From: an uncultured Actinomycetes bacterium
GTDB taxonomy: Bacteria; Actinomycetota; Actinomycetes; Nanopelagicales; Nanopelagicaceae
Direction of reading: 5' to 3'
NCBI GenBank assembly: GCA_903834705.1
Contig: CAILKF010000015.1
Location: 2,250-66,249, forward strand
DNA: 64,000 nt
In this document: in pieces, positions 21,063 through 30,877 of the stretch
Numbering within the stretch: the first letter of the stretch is position 1
Layout: every line of letters begins with the position of its first letter
Made by a program: the position numbers and the translations under genes
The notes under the pieces: model-generated
What the model was told of the DNA's origin: nothing
What the model saw: the letters and a program-made list of their open reading frames with translations, nothing else
Database searches by the model: none

Positions 21063-21719
21063 ATGAAGCCGAAAATCGAAGCACTCGCAATCGTGCCTCC
21101 GAAATTGCGAGGATGGTTTCATCTTGGCGCAACACCGGTTGTCTTTATCGCTTCCCTTGTCTTATTTATCCTCAGTCATAACTCCTTAAAATTTGCAGTT
21201 GCTCTCTACTCGCTCACCGCGATTGCATTGTTTAGTGTTTCTGCTATTTATCATCGAGTCCCATGGTCACCTTCAAGGAAAAAGATTTGGCGTCGGTGGG
21301 ATCACGCCAATATTAATTTACTCATTGCAGGTTCTTACACTCCCTTTGCTGTTGCACTGTTAGAAGGTCGCGATAGAACAATCCTTCTCACTGTCGTTTG
21401 GGTTGGCGCAATCATTGGGGTGGCAGTTCGAGTTTTCTGGCTTACAGCACCGAGGTGGCTCTACGTTGCGAACTATTTAGTTTTGGGATGGGTTGCTGTT
21501 ATCTACACTCCTGCTCTGTACCGCGCAGGGGGATTATGGATTTTAATTCCGATCCTTATTGGTGGCCTCTTCTATTCTGTTGGCGCAATCTTTTATGCTC
21601 TTAAATTCCCTGGTAAGAACGCACGCTATTTTGGATTTCATGAGCTTTTCCATATTTTTGTCATTGCCGCGTGGGTCTCGCAATACATAGCAATCTCAAT
21701 AGCCATCTACCGTAGGTAG
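21063..21719 (+). CDS. Hemolysin III / PAQR-family membrane protein
   Basis: Seven-TM ORF with SAIYHRVPW, DHANINLLIAGSYTP and HELFHIFV. I prefer the ATG at 21063 over the TTG at 21033, which lies inside the metY terminator. Confidence 0.83.
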   Translation: MKPKIEALAIVPPKLRGWFHLGATPVVFIASLVLFILSHNSLKFAVALYSLTAIALFSVSAIYHRVPWSPSRKKIWRRWDHANINLLIAGSYTPFAVALLEGRDRTILLTVVWVGAIIGVAVRVFWLTAPRWLYVANYLVLGWVAVIYTPALYRAGGLWILIPILIGGLFYSVGAIFYALKFPGKNARYFGFHELFHIFVIAAWVSQYIAISIAIYRR

Positions 21720-21874
21720 CGCCAGGCATGCTTTCGGGCTCGACTCACGCGCTAAATGTGTTCAATCTCGCGCGGAAAAATCCCTCTTTTGGTTTCTACC
21801 AGTGAGCTCTGAGTCGGTAGGCTTAGTGCGCTTGATACAGATCGCAGTGGTAAGAAGCAAAAGGGAGAGCGCCA

Positions 21875-24800
21875 TTGTCGGCAGATAATTCCATGCCACC
21901 AACACTCGGTGATTCTTCATTTAAAGATCAATTTGGCGCTAATGAGTGGCTCGTTGATGAAATGTATGAGCGCTATCTTCAAGATCCCACATCAGTAGAT
22001 GGTGAATGGATTGCGCTTTTCGCAGAACTAAAAAACTCAGGATCTTTGCCTTCACAAACTTCTTCTGCGCCCCGTGCTGGAACTCCACCAATCCCTAAAT
22101 CTGCACAAGCAAAAAGTGTGCCTGTTGCGCCGCGAGCACCTGTTAACCCACCAACGGTTCAACAAGCGCCTCAAGTTGATGCAACAACAAAAGTGCAAGC
22201 AACGCCAGCTGACCCAATAATTGTTCCTGCTCCTGTTTTGATTACACCAACAGCTGCTGGCGTTGAACCGCTACGAGGAGTTTCTGCCCGTGTTGTTCAA
22301 AGTATGGAAGCATCACTGAGTGTCCCTACTGCAACGAGCGTACGCGTAATTCCCGCAAAACTTTTAATTGATAATCGAATTGTTATAAATAATCATCTCA
22401 AGCGAACTCGTGGAGGAAAGATTTCTTTCACGCATCTCATTGCTTACGCCATGATCAAAGCAATGCGAGCAATGCCTGAAATGAATTCCTATTACACAAC
22501 GATTGATGGAAAACCAGCAATTGGTCATCCTGAACACATCAACCTTGGAATCGCTATTGATTTGAGCAAGCCAGATGGAACTCGTCAACTTCTTGTTCCT
22601 TCTATTAAGGGTTGCGATCAGTTAGATTTTGGCCAGTTTTGGAAAACATATGAAGAAACAGTTAGTAAAGCTCGAAGTGGCACCTTAACTGTCGAGGACT
22701 ACGCGGGAACAACAGTTTCGTTAACGAACCCAGGCACTATCGGAACAGTGCATTCGGTTCCACGGTTGGTAACAGGCCAAGCAATGATTCTTGGCGTTGG
22801 CGCAATGGATTACCCAGCCGAGTTCCATGGGGCAAGTGAAGAAACTCTTGCTCGCTTAGCAATCAGCAAGGTTGTAACCCTCACCAGTACTTACGATCAC
22901 CGCGTTATTCAAGGTGCTCAATCTGGGGATTTCCTTCGCAGAATTCATGAGCTCTTGCTCGGTGCTGAAAACTTTTACGAAGAGATTTTTGCATCAGTTC
23001 GCATTCCTTACGAACCAATCCGTTGGGTTGTAGATATTGAATTCGCTCGAGATGCTGAGATTGATAAAACTGCACGAGTTCAACAATTAATACATGCTTA
23101 CCGTACTAACGGACACTTATTAGCCGACATTGATCCACTTGAGTACAAGCAAAGATCGCATCCAGATCTAGATGTCGTGACCCATGGCTTGACGCTATGG
23201 GACTTGGATCGCGAATTTGCAACTGGTGGTCTTGGCGGAAAACAATTTATGAAGTTACGAGACATCCTAGGAACTCTTCGCGATTCTTATTGTCGCTCGG
23301 TTGGCGTTGAATATATGTACATGCAAAATCCCGAAGAGCGTCAATGGATGCAAGATCATCTCGAGGTTCCTACTCAGAAATTTCCTCGCGATGAACAACT
23401 TCGAATTCTTCATAAGCTCAATAGCGCTGAAGCATTTGAATCTTTCTTGCAGACTAAATTTGTCGGACAAAAAAGATTCTCGCTTGAAGGCGGAGAAACG
23501 GTTATCCCACTTCTCGATGCTGTAATTTCCGCAGCCGCTGACTCTGGAATTAAAGAAGTGTGTCTTGCAATGTCCCACCGAGGAAGACTCAACGTTTTAG
23601 CAAATATCGCAGGTAAGTCATACGGACAAATTTTCCAAGAATTTGAAGGGCACTACGCACCTAACTCTGTCCAAGGTTCTGGAGATGTTAAATATCATCT
23701 TGGCACTGAAGGTACTTTTATAGCCGAATCTGGGGCAAGCACAAAAATTTACCTGGCAGCCAACCCTTCACACCTTGAAGCAGTTAATCCTGTTCTTGAG
23801 GGAATCGTCCGAGCAAAGCAAGATTTGGAAAATGTTCGCAATTCTTATTCAGTCCTTCCTATCTTGGTTCATGGTGACGCAGCCTTTGCAGGTCAAGGTG
23901 TAGTTGCTGAAACGCTCAATCTTTCGCAATTGCCTGGATATCGCACAGGCGGCACAGTTCACGTAATCATTAACAATCAAGTTGGATTTACAACCTCACC
24001 TCATTCTTCTCGCTCATCTACATATGCAACAGATGTTGCGAAAATGATCCAAGCTCCGGTTTTCCATGTGAATGGTGATGACCCTGAAGCGTGCGTTCGA
24101 GTTGCACGACTTGCTTATCAATACCGACAAAAATTCAACAAAGATGTTGTCATTGACATGATTTGTTATCGTCGCCGTGGCCACAATGAAGGCGATGAGC
24201 CAAGCTTCACTCAGCCAATGATGTACAAGTTAATTGATGCAAAACGTTCAACTCGCACCTTGTATACAGAAGCGCTTATAGGTCGCAAAGACATAACAGT
24301 TGAAGAAGCTGAAGAAGTTGCGCGTGATTACCATGCACAACTTGAAGGCGTATTTGCTGCGGTGCACAACTTGGAAGCTGAAAACACTCTACTTGCATCG
24401 ATTCCTGAATCGCTTGCACCCGCATCGGTAGATACAAGTATTGACGAAGCAACCGCTCGCGCGATTGCTAATACTCAAATTGCAACGCCAGAAGGATTCA
24501 CGGTACATCCAAAACTCTTACCTCAATTAGCAAAACGAGTTGAGATGCTTGATAACGCCACGATCGATTGGTCGATGGGTGAGGCACTTGCATTTGGATC
24601 GATACTTCGAGAAGGCAAGCCGATTCGTCTGGCTGGTCAAGATTCTCGACGCGGAACATTTAGCAACCGTCATGCGGTAATCATTGATAAAGAAAATGGA
24701 ACCGAGTGGACGCCATTGCGTTCGATGACGTCGGATGAGAATCAGTTCTTTGTTCTTGATTCACTTCTCTCCGAATACGCTGCAATGGGCTTTGAATATG

Positions 24801-25576
24801 GCTATTCCGTGGCACGCCCTGAGGCACTTGTCATGTGGGAAGGCCAATTCGGCGATTTTGGAAATGGTGCGCAAACAATTGTGGATGAGTTCATTTCTTC
24901 ATCCCTACAAAAATGGGGCGAACGGTCTGGACTCGTACTCCTCTTGCCACATGGTTACGAAGGACAAGGTCCTGATCATTCATCAGCCCGCATTGAACGC
25001 TATCTAACGCTGTGTGCCGAACAAAACATGACTGTTGCACAACCATCTACTCCCGCTTCGTACTTCCATCTACTTCGTTGGCATACGAAGAATCCAGCAC
25101 AGCGACCACTCATAGTCTTTACGCCAAAATCAATGTTGCGACTTCGAGCCGCATCATCTGCACTTTCAGATTTCACTCAAGGTACTTTCCAACCAGTAAT
25201 TCCAGATCACACAGTCACTAATGCTTCACGAGTAATTTTCTGTTCAGGTCGACTTTATTATGACTTAATTGCAGAGCGAGCTCGCCTGGGTGAGGAAAGC
25301 ACTGCAATAGTTAGAGTTGAACAGTTCTATCCATTGCCCGCAAAGGAACTTGCAGAGGAAGCAAATAAGCATCCAAAAGCAAACTTGTTGTGGGTACAAG
25401 ATGAACCAGCAAATCAAGGTCCTTGGCCATTCATCGCTGTTAACACATTAGAAATTTTTGGTGGTCGGACATTGCGACCAGTTTCACGTCGCGCTACAGC
25501 AAGTCCTGCCACTGGAAATCATTACGTGCACGAAGAAGAAGAGAAGGCGTTGCTCATGGAGGCGTTCACTCGCTAA
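21875..25576 (+). CDS. kgd: Multifunctional 2-oxoglutarate decarboxylase/dehydrogenase E1 with an N-terminal E2-like acyltransferase domain (Kgd/OdhA type)
   Basis: 1233-aa ORF. It has the N-terminus FGANEWLVDEMYERYLQDP, an Ala/Pro linker, an acyltransferase core (TLTSTYDHRVIQGAQSGDFL) and then E1o ThDP regions. TTG start 5 nt after AAGGGAGAG. Confidence 0.95.
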   Translation: MSADNSMPPTLGDSSFKDQFGANEWLVDEMYERYLQDPTSVDGEWIALFAELKNSGSLPSQTSSAPRAGTPPIPKSAQAKSVPVAPRAPVNPPTVQQAPQVDATTKVQATPADPIIVPAPVLITPTAAGVEPLRGVSARVVQSMEASLSVPTATSVRVIPAKLLIDNRIVINNHLKRTRGGKISFTHLIAYAMIKAMRAMPEMNSYYTTIDGKPAIGHPEHINLGIAIDLSKPDGTRQLLVPSIKGCDQLDFGQFWKTYEETVSKARSGTLTVEDYAGTTVSLTNPGTIGTVHSVPRLVTGQAMILGVGAMDYPAEFHGASEETLARLAISKVVTLTSTYDHRVIQGAQSGDFLRRIHELLLGAENFYEEIFASVRIPYEPIRWVVDIEFARDAEIDKTARVQQLIHAYRTNGHLLADIDPLEYKQRSHPDLDVVTHGLTLWDLDREFATGGLGGKQFMKLRDILGTLRDSYCRSVGVEYMYMQNPEERQWMQDHLEVPTQKFPRDEQLRILHKLNSAEAFESFLQTKFVGQKRFSLEGGETVIPLLDAVISAAADSGIKEVCLAMSHRGRLNVLANIAGKSYGQIFQEFEGHYAPNSVQGSGDVKYHLGTEGTFIAESGASTKIYLAANPSHLEAVNPVLEGIVRAKQDLENVRNSYSVLPILVHGDAAFAGQGVVAETLNLSQLPGYRTGGTVHVIINNQVGFTTSPHSSRSSTYATDVAKMIQAPVFHVNGDDPEACVRVARLAYQYRQKFNKDVVIDMICYRRRGHNEGDEPSFTQPMMYKLIDAKRSTRTLYTEALIGRKDITVEEAEEVARDYHAQLEGVFAAVHNLEAENTLLASIPESLAPASVDTSIDEATARAIANTQIATPEGFTVHPKLLPQLAKRVEMLDNATIDWSMGEALAFGSILREGKPIRLAGQDSRRGTFSNRHAVIIDKENGTEWTPLRSMTSDENQFFVLDSLLSEYAAMGFEYGYSVARPEALVMWEGQFGDFGNGAQTIVDEFISSSLQKWGERSGLVLLLPHGYEGQGPDHSSARIERYLTLCAEQNMTVAQPSTPASYFHLLRWHTKNPAQRPLIVFTPKSMLRLRAASSALSDFTQGTFQPVIPDHTVTNASRVIFCSGRLYYDLIAERARLGEESTAIVRVEQFYPLPAKELAEEANKHPKANLLWVQDEPANQGPWPFIAVNTLEIFGGRTLRPVSRRATASPATGNHYVHEEEEKALLMEAFTR

Positions 25577-25914
25577 CGCGCTTTACGCACTCGCATAATC
25601 ACGCGACCAACAATTTCGCTCTCGTTAATACTTCCCCACTTGCGTGAATCATTACTGTGAGCTTTGTTATCTCCCTCAACCCAATACTTTCCCTCGTCAT
25701 TCCGGATTAACCTCTTAATCAGGAAAACTCCAGGTTGATCTTCGCGTTCAATGACCACAGAGTCGAAAATACGACCTTGTTTACCCCAGGCTACGAGCAA
25801 CCAATCCCCGTTCCTAAAGGTTGGCTCCATAGAAGGGCCAGCAACGACCACCCGACCCAACCTGCCAAATTTGCTCACGAGCGGTAGTCTCACATCTAAC
25901 AAGTGATCTTGCAT
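25573..25914 (-). CDS. sodX: S26-family peptidase, nickel-SOD maturation protease
   Basis: 113-aa ORF with the catalytic-Ser motif AGPSMEPTFRNGD and GDNKAHSNDSR. It is divergent from sodN. The exact start is uncertain. Confidence 0.82.
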   Translation of the reverse strand: MQDHLLDVRLPLVSKFGRLGRVVVAGPSMEPTFRNGDWLLVAWGKQGRIFDSVVIEREDQPGVFLIKRLIRNDEGKYWVEGDNKAHSNDSRKWGSINESEIVGRVIMRVRKAR

Positions 25915-25934
25915 CTAGCCATCGAGGAGAGAAT

Positions 25935-26321
25935 ATGTTTACCCCAAAAATTACCGTTCACGCCCACTGTGATTTGCCATGTGGTGTTTACGATCCAGCT
26001 CAAGCCAAAATTGAAGCTCAATCTGTAAAAGCATGCATGGAGAAGTATCAGGCAAGCTCCGATCCTGATTTCAAAGCGCGTGCTGTCGCAATTAAAGAAG
26101 AGCGTTCCAATATGGTCAAAGAACACCTTTGGGTTCTCTGGACTGACTACTTCAAGCCAAATCACTTCGAAGCGCACCCACAGCTTCACGGACTATTTAA
26201 TGAAGCAACCAAACTCGCTGGCGCAGCAGGAACAAAAGGAACAAATGACGTGGCAGTTGCTGAAAAACTTCTAGTGAAGATTGATGAAATCGCTGAAATT
26301 TTTTGGGCTACAAAGAAATAA
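25935..26321 (+). CDS. sodN: Nickel superoxide dismutase precursor
   Basis: 128-aa ORF with a pro-peptide (MFTPKITVHA) followed by the Ni-hook HCDLPCGVYDP. Confidence 0.95.
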   Translation: MFTPKITVHAHCDLPCGVYDPAQAKIEAQSVKACMEKYQASSDPDFKARAVAIKEERSNMVKEHLWVLWTDYFKPNHFEAHPQLHGLFNEATKLAGAAGTKGTNDVAVAEKLLVKIDEIAEIFWATKK

Positions 26322-26336
26322 GTTCCAGCTGAACAA

Positions 26337-26756
26337 TTAATTCAAGGGCTTTAAAGAACTAAAACTCTGTGCGGCGGTGCGAGCGAGGAAAGAAACTCGC
26401 TCCACTGCCGCTCTTTTCATTATTGCGTGGACAATGTGGCGCTCTCCTTCATAAATATCACATTCAAATGTAAGTTCACGGCCGTTTAGTGCAGAACATT
26501 TTGCCGTCGCGCGAATCTCGGCACCAATTCCCACGGCATCAATGGCATCTAACTCGACTCTAAGCAATCGAGTGGTTTCTCCCGCTTCAAGAAATTCACT
26601 TATCGCCGTCAGTGCAGCGCTCTCAATAAGATTTACAAAATATGAAGTTGCAACAATAGGTAAATCACCAATTCCAATTGCCAAAGTTGTATCACCTGGC
26701 CGAATAGTCATGACGGAAAAGCCCACCGCGCCGACTAGTTCGTTCTCACGCTCCAT
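26337..26756 (-). CDS. Hotdog-fold thioesterase-family protein
   Basis: 139-aa ORF resembling FlK-like/hotdog thioesterases (IVATSYFVNLIESAA...VGIGAEIRATAKCSALNGRELTFECDIYEG). It starts 3 nt after the rsrA stop. Confidence 0.55.
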   Translation of the reverse strand: MERENELVGAVGFSVMTIRPGDTTLAIGIGDLPIVATSYFVNLIESAALTAISEFLEAGETTRLLRVELDAIDAVGIGAEIRATAKCSALNGRELTFECDIYEGERHIVHAIMKRAAVERVSFLARTAAQSFSSLKPLN

Positions 26757-26758
26757 CG

Positions 26759-27154
26759 TTAATCTTCCCTAGGAAGGCGATATTCCTGTGTACTCTCAAT
26801 TGTTATCTCACGGTGTTCAATTTGACCAAACTCATCAATTTGAATTGAGATCTCTGTCATCTTGATCTCGGTAATGACTTCTGACATCCCACTACTTTGT
26901 GCCGAAAGTTTGCGCGCAAGTTCATCGTGGAGCTCTTGAGGTGCCTTCTCGCAACATGATCTCGTCAACATTTCGTGAAGCATCTGATGCATGCGCTTCT
27001 CGTGACTAATTTCAGATCGACACGGCAAGCAAACTTGAATGTGATTTTCAATTGCTTGGACTTGGGAAGTTTCCTCAATCTCACCGTCTATCAATAAGAT
27101 GACTGCATTGAGTACTTCAATGCAATTTATTGGTGATGTTTGGGCAGGGCTCAT
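26759..27154 (-). CDS. rsrA: Zinc-binding anti-sigma factor (ZAS; RsrA/RshA type)
   Basis: 131-aa ORF with Cys11 and H38-x3-C42-x2-C45 (NHIQVCLPC), almost the same spacing as RsrA C11/H37/C41/C44. It overlaps the sigH stop by 4 nt. Confidence 0.82.
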   Translation of the reverse strand: MSPAQTSPINCIEVLNAVILLIDGEIEETSQVQAIENHIQVCLPCRSEISHEKRMHQMLHEMLTRSCCEKAPQELHDELARKLSAQSSGMSEVITEIKMTEISIQIDEFGQIEHREITIESTQEYRLPRED

Positions 27155-27747
27155 GAGTTGTCCCCCTTGCCATATCCGCGCTCTTTCGCGTAATCCGTTA
27201 ATAAAATGCGAAGCGCCTTACGTCCGCGATGCAACCTAGACATAATCGTTCCGGTGGGAACGCCAACAATTTCGGCAATTTCCTTGTAAGAGAAGCCCTC
27301 CACGTCCGCTAAATACACGGCAATTCGAAATTCTTCTGGAATTTCTTGGAGTGCTTTCTTCACATCGCTATCGGGCAGATTCTCGAGCGCTTCAACTTCG
27401 GCAGATTTTCCTTGATCACTCGTGTGTGATGCCGACTCGGCCAATTGCCAATCTTCAACTTCATTATTTGCAAGCAGTGGTTGACGTTGCGCTTTACGAT
27501 AAGAATTAATAAAGGTCGTTGTAAGAACTCGATAGAGCCAGGCTTTGAGATTTGTTCCAGGTTCAAATTGGTGAAACGATGCAAATGCCTTGAGATATGT
27601 GTCTTGAACTAAATCCTTAGCGTCATGCGGATTCTTTGTGTAACGCATGGCAGCCGAATAAAGCTGATCCGTGAACGCTAAGGCATCGCGCTCAAAACGC
27701 GCAGTACGTTCCTGCGTACTCTCATGAACTAGGTCCGTGGTTGTCAT
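27151..27747 (-). CDS. sigH: ECF sigma factor, SigH/SigR group
   Basis: 198-aa ORF. Region 2 reads [44 protein letters not shown] and region 4 reads [27 protein letters not shown]. It is paired with a ZAS anti-sigma factor. Confidence 0.88.
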   Translation of the reverse strand: MTTTDLVHESTQERTARFERDALAFTDQLYSAAMRYTKNPHDAKDLVQDTYLKAFASFHQFEPGTNLKAWLYRVLTTTFINSYRKAQRQPLLANNEVEDWQLAESASHTSDQGKSAEVEALENLPDSDVKKALQEIPEEFRIAVYLADVEGFSYKEIAEIVGVPTGTIMSRLHRGRKALRILLTDYAKERGYGKGDNS

Positions 27748-27764
27748 CGCTCTTAAGGCTACCC

Positions 27765-28490
27765 CTAGAAGAGGGTTTCTTGCTCGCCGAGCGCGATTGC
27801 TTCGGTAACTGCCACACCGTTGTTTACAACTTTATTTACTTCTTCAGAGACTGGATGGCTAGTCAAACCGGCATCAGGATTTGAGAATTCCATGAGAGAA
27901 ATAAGGGTTGAGATATCTCGCTCGTTTGGATCTAGCCATTGCGACCACCGATCTCGTGGCATGAGCACGGGCATCCGATGGTGGATCGATTCTAAAGATC
28001 CCTCCGCCTCTCGCGTGATGATTGCTGCGCTGTAAATATTTTTCCCAGTCGGTGATTTCCATTGACTCCAAATTCCAGCAAATGCAAGTGACCTCCTATC
28101 AGTTCGTGAAATATAAAATGGTTGTTTTGGTTTGTAGGGACCATCAGCTGTTGCCCATTCGTAATAACCATCTGCTGGAATTAAGCATCTCGTTTTCCGA
28201 AATGAATCTCGGAAAGTAGGTTTCTCGAAAATGGATTCTCTTCGGGCATTAATTGCATGTGACTGGGAAGCTCGAGCAGTTACATCATCTTTATGCCAGT
28301 GACCAATGAGTCCCCATGAAGCAGTTGTTAACGCCATTTCATTGCCTTGAGTTTGCAGCACCATATAGATTTCAAGTGTCGGCGCAATATTCCAATTTGC
28401 GGGAAGCGGAGAATTCGGGGTTGTCCCAGTAATGCCGAACTCTTCTACCAATTCGGCCATTGACTTTGATTGAGCAAATCTTCCACACAT
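27765..28490 (-). CDS. SOS-response-associated peptidase (SRAP/YedK family, abasic-site processing)
   Basis: I trimmed the track ORF to the ATG at 28490, giving MCGRFAQS with the catalytic Cys2. Family-typical motifs include NIAPT and ADGYYEW. Confidence 0.85.
   Translation of the reverse strand: MCGRFAQSKSMAELVEEFGITGTTPNSPLPANWNIAPTLEIYMVLQTQGNEMALTTASWGLIGHWHKDDVTARASQSHAINARRESIFEKPTFRDSFRKTRCLIPADGYYEWATADGPYKPKQPFYISRTDRRSLAFAGIWSQWKSPTGKNIYSAAIITREAEGSLESIHHRMPVLMPRDRWSQWLDPNERDISTLISLMEFSNPDAGLTSHPVSEEVNKVVNNGVAVTEAIALGEQETLF
27866..27891 (-). promoter_or_regulatory. Candidate SigH/SigR-dependent promoter (GGAAT-N18-GTT) for sigH-rsrA
   Basis: The minus strand reads GGAAT TCTCAAATCCTGATGCCG GTT. 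It lies about 120 nt upstream of the sigH ATG, inside the 3' end of the SRAP gene. Confidence 0.5.
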
Positions 28491-28552
28491 GGATAACAGC
28501 CTAGAAGTATTTTGAGCGCCATGCAGTACGGGAGCGACGGTAGGCTGAGACC

Positions 28553-29860
28553 ATGTCAGGTATGTCCTCCGATCAGATGCAACTTTGGGATGCGCCTGTA
28601 CGCGGACAATCGCCAATTGACGCAACCGTCGTAATCCCTGGTTCGAAATCGGTTACAAACCGCGCACTAGTTCTTGGCTCACTTGCAACAACTCCTTCAA
28701 CGCTCATTCGTCCGTTGGTTTCTCGCGACACAACCTTGATGAAAAGTGGACTCATCGCAATGGGTGCACAGATAGTTGAAGAGAAAGTCTCTGCAAACAC
28801 CGAGTGGAGAATTAATCCCAGCCCACTACTTGGCCCTGCTCATGTGGATGTTGGAAATGCAGGAACCGTGATGCGTTTCCTCCCTCCTGTTGCCGGACTT
28901 GTAAACGGGGATGTTTCATTCGACGGTGACGCCCGTTCTCACGAGCGTCCATTAGCGCCTGTCATTCGTGCACTTGAGGAACTAGGTGTTCACATTGATC
29001 ATAAGAATAAATTTGCACTGCCTTTAGTCGTTCACGGAAAAGGAACAATAAGTGGTGGAGAGATTGATATCGATGCATCGGCATCAAGTCAGTTCCTCTC
29101 CGCTCTGTTATTAATTGCCCCTAAAACTAGTCAAGGAATAACCGCTCGACATATCGGTGGCGCTTTGCCCTCCATGCCACATATTGAAATGACGGTTGCG
29201 ATGCTCAGAGATTTCGGGGCAGAAGTGGAAGTTGATCGTAAAAACAATATATGGAAGGTATTTCCCTCAGCATTGCAGGGAAAATCGATGGTGATTGAAC
29301 CTGATCTTTCAAATGCTGCGCCATTCTTATCCATTGCAATGGTTTGTGGAGGAAGCATCACTATTTCAGATTGGCCATCTGCAACAACGCAGCCGGGTGA
29401 CCAACTTAAAACAATCCTTACGCAAATGGGTGCAGAAATTACTTTAAATGAACTCGGTTTAACTCTGCGCGCATCTGGAAAGATTCACGGAATAGATATC
29501 GACCTCCACGATGTTGGCGAGTTAACGCCGGCAATCGCTGCGCTTTGTGCACTGGCTGATTCACCTTCCCACTTGCGCGGAATCGCACATTTGCGTTTGC
29601 ATGAGACCGACCGACTTGATGCCCTCACTCGCGAAATTAACGCCCTTGGTGGCAACGTCACACAAGAAGTCGACGCCCTACATATCACTCCTGCGCCATT
29701 ACACGGTGGGGATTTCAAGACTTATGACGATCACCGCCTTGCAACAACAGGCGCTGTCCTTGGTCTTGTCACTCCGAACATTCGAATCGAAAATATTGCA
29801 ACAACGGCCAAGACTCTGCCCGATTTTGATGCACTATGGACTTCATTGGTTGGAAAATAA
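28553..29860 (+). CDS. aroA: 3-phosphoshikimate 1-carboxyvinyltransferase (EPSP synthase)
   Basis: 435-aa ORF with PGSKSVTNRALVL, VGNAGTVMRFL and LRLHETDRL. Confidence 0.93.
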   Translation: MSGMSSDQMQLWDAPVRGQSPIDATVVIPGSKSVTNRALVLGSLATTPSTLIRPLVSRDTTLMKSGLIAMGAQIVEEKVSANTEWRINPSPLLGPAHVDVGNAGTVMRFLPPVAGLVNGDVSFDGDARSHERPLAPVIRALEELGVHIDHKNKFALPLVVHGKGTISGGEIDIDASASSQFLSALLLIAPKTSQGITARHIGGALPSMPHIEMTVAMLRDFGAEVEVDRKNNIWKVFPSALQGKSMVIEPDLSNAAPFLSIAMVCGGSITISDWPSATTQPGDQLKTILTQMGAEITLNELGLTLRASGKIHGIDIDLHDVGELTPAIAALCALADSPSHLRGIAHLRLHETDRLDALTREINALGGNVTQEVDALHITPAPLHGGDFKTYDDHRLATTGAVLGLVTPNIRIENIATTAKTLPDFDALWTSLVGK

Positions 29861-29863
29861 GTT

Positions 29864-30865
29864 GTGATGATGGCGCGCCAATTTGATGAATCCGATGTAA
29901 GAGTCCGCCCACCCAGAAGTACACGTCCTCGCAGTAAAGATCGCCCAGTTCATGCCAATGCGATAAGCGCTCTGGTGACAACTGTTGATCGTGGACGAAC
30001 TACATGCATAACCGAAGAAGGCGTAATCGTCACGGCAATGAGAGCACGTGAACTTGGGCCAAAATCTGTAGTTGTTGGTGACAACGTTTCAATAGTTGGC
30101 GACTCTTCTGGGACAGCTGGCACTTTAGCTCGAATAGTTTCAGTTCAAGAGCGCAAGAATTCTTTAACGAGAACTGTAGATGATGATGCAAAAGTTGAGA
30201 GAGTAATTGTTGCCAACATAGATCAACTGGTAATTGTAATTGCTACCACAAACCCCGAACCACGAAGGGGCCTCGTCGATCGCTTCTTAGTCAGCGCATT
30301 CAGCGAAGGAATAAAGCCCATTATCTTGGTGACAAAGACCGACATACATGATGTACCTACATTTCTCGATGAATACAAGAATTTAGACATCCACGTAATG
30401 ACCACAAAAAAAGGTGCGTCTCTCACTCAATTGCATTCACTTCTAGCTGGAAAGATTTCAGTTCTCGTTGGACATTCAGGAGTTGGTAAATCCACACTAA
30501 TTAATGCACTGCTTCCGCATGCGCAACGAGTCATTGGAGAAGTTAACGAAGTGACGGGGCGTGGTCGTCACACGTCATCGAGCGCAATTGCTCTTCCGCT
30601 TTCCCCTCATCTCAAACTTAGCGATGGCTGGATTATTGATACACCAGGCATTCGTGCATTTGGGCTTGCCCACATTGATCCGAATCGCATAATTGCCTCT
30701 TTTGGTGACCTGAAAGAAGTAATTGCCCAATGCATGCCAAACTGTTCACATAACGAAAAGTCTTGTGCATTAGAGCAGTGGTCTGCCCCCAACGGAGTGA
30801 TAAATCCTCAACGCGAAGCTCGAATTCAAAGCCTTCGCAGTTTGCTAGATATCAAGCTGGACTAG
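29864..30865 (+). CDS. rsgA: Ribosome small-subunit-dependent GTPase A
   Basis: 333-aa ORF with a circularly permuted GTPase (VTKTDI, then GHSGVGKSTLINAL) and a C-terminal zinc cluster (CMPNCSHNEKSC). Confidence 0.9.
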   Translation: MMMARQFDESDVRVRPPRSTRPRSKDRPVHANAISALVTTVDRGRTTCITEEGVIVTAMRARELGPKSVVVGDNVSIVGDSSGTAGTLARIVSVQERKNSLTRTVDDDAKVERVIVANIDQLVIVIATTNPEPRRGLVDRFLVSAFSEGIKPIILVTKTDIHDVPTFLDEYKNLDIHVMTTKKGASLTQLHSLLAGKISVLVGHSGVGKSTLINALLPHAQRVIGEVNEVTGRGRHTSSSAIALPLSPHLKLSDGWIIDTPGIRAFGLAHIDPNRIIASFGDLKEVIAQCMPNCSHNEKSCALEQWSAPNGVINPQREARIQSLRSLLDIKLD

Positions 30866-30877
30866 GCTTGGAAACAT

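Noticed and set aside
28491-28625. 45-codon N-terminal extension of the SRAP ORF, overlapping aroA.
   Set aside because: SRAP proteins need Cys2 as the catalytic nucleophile after Met removal. The internal MCGRF start at 28490 fits this and removes the overlap with the divergent aroA.
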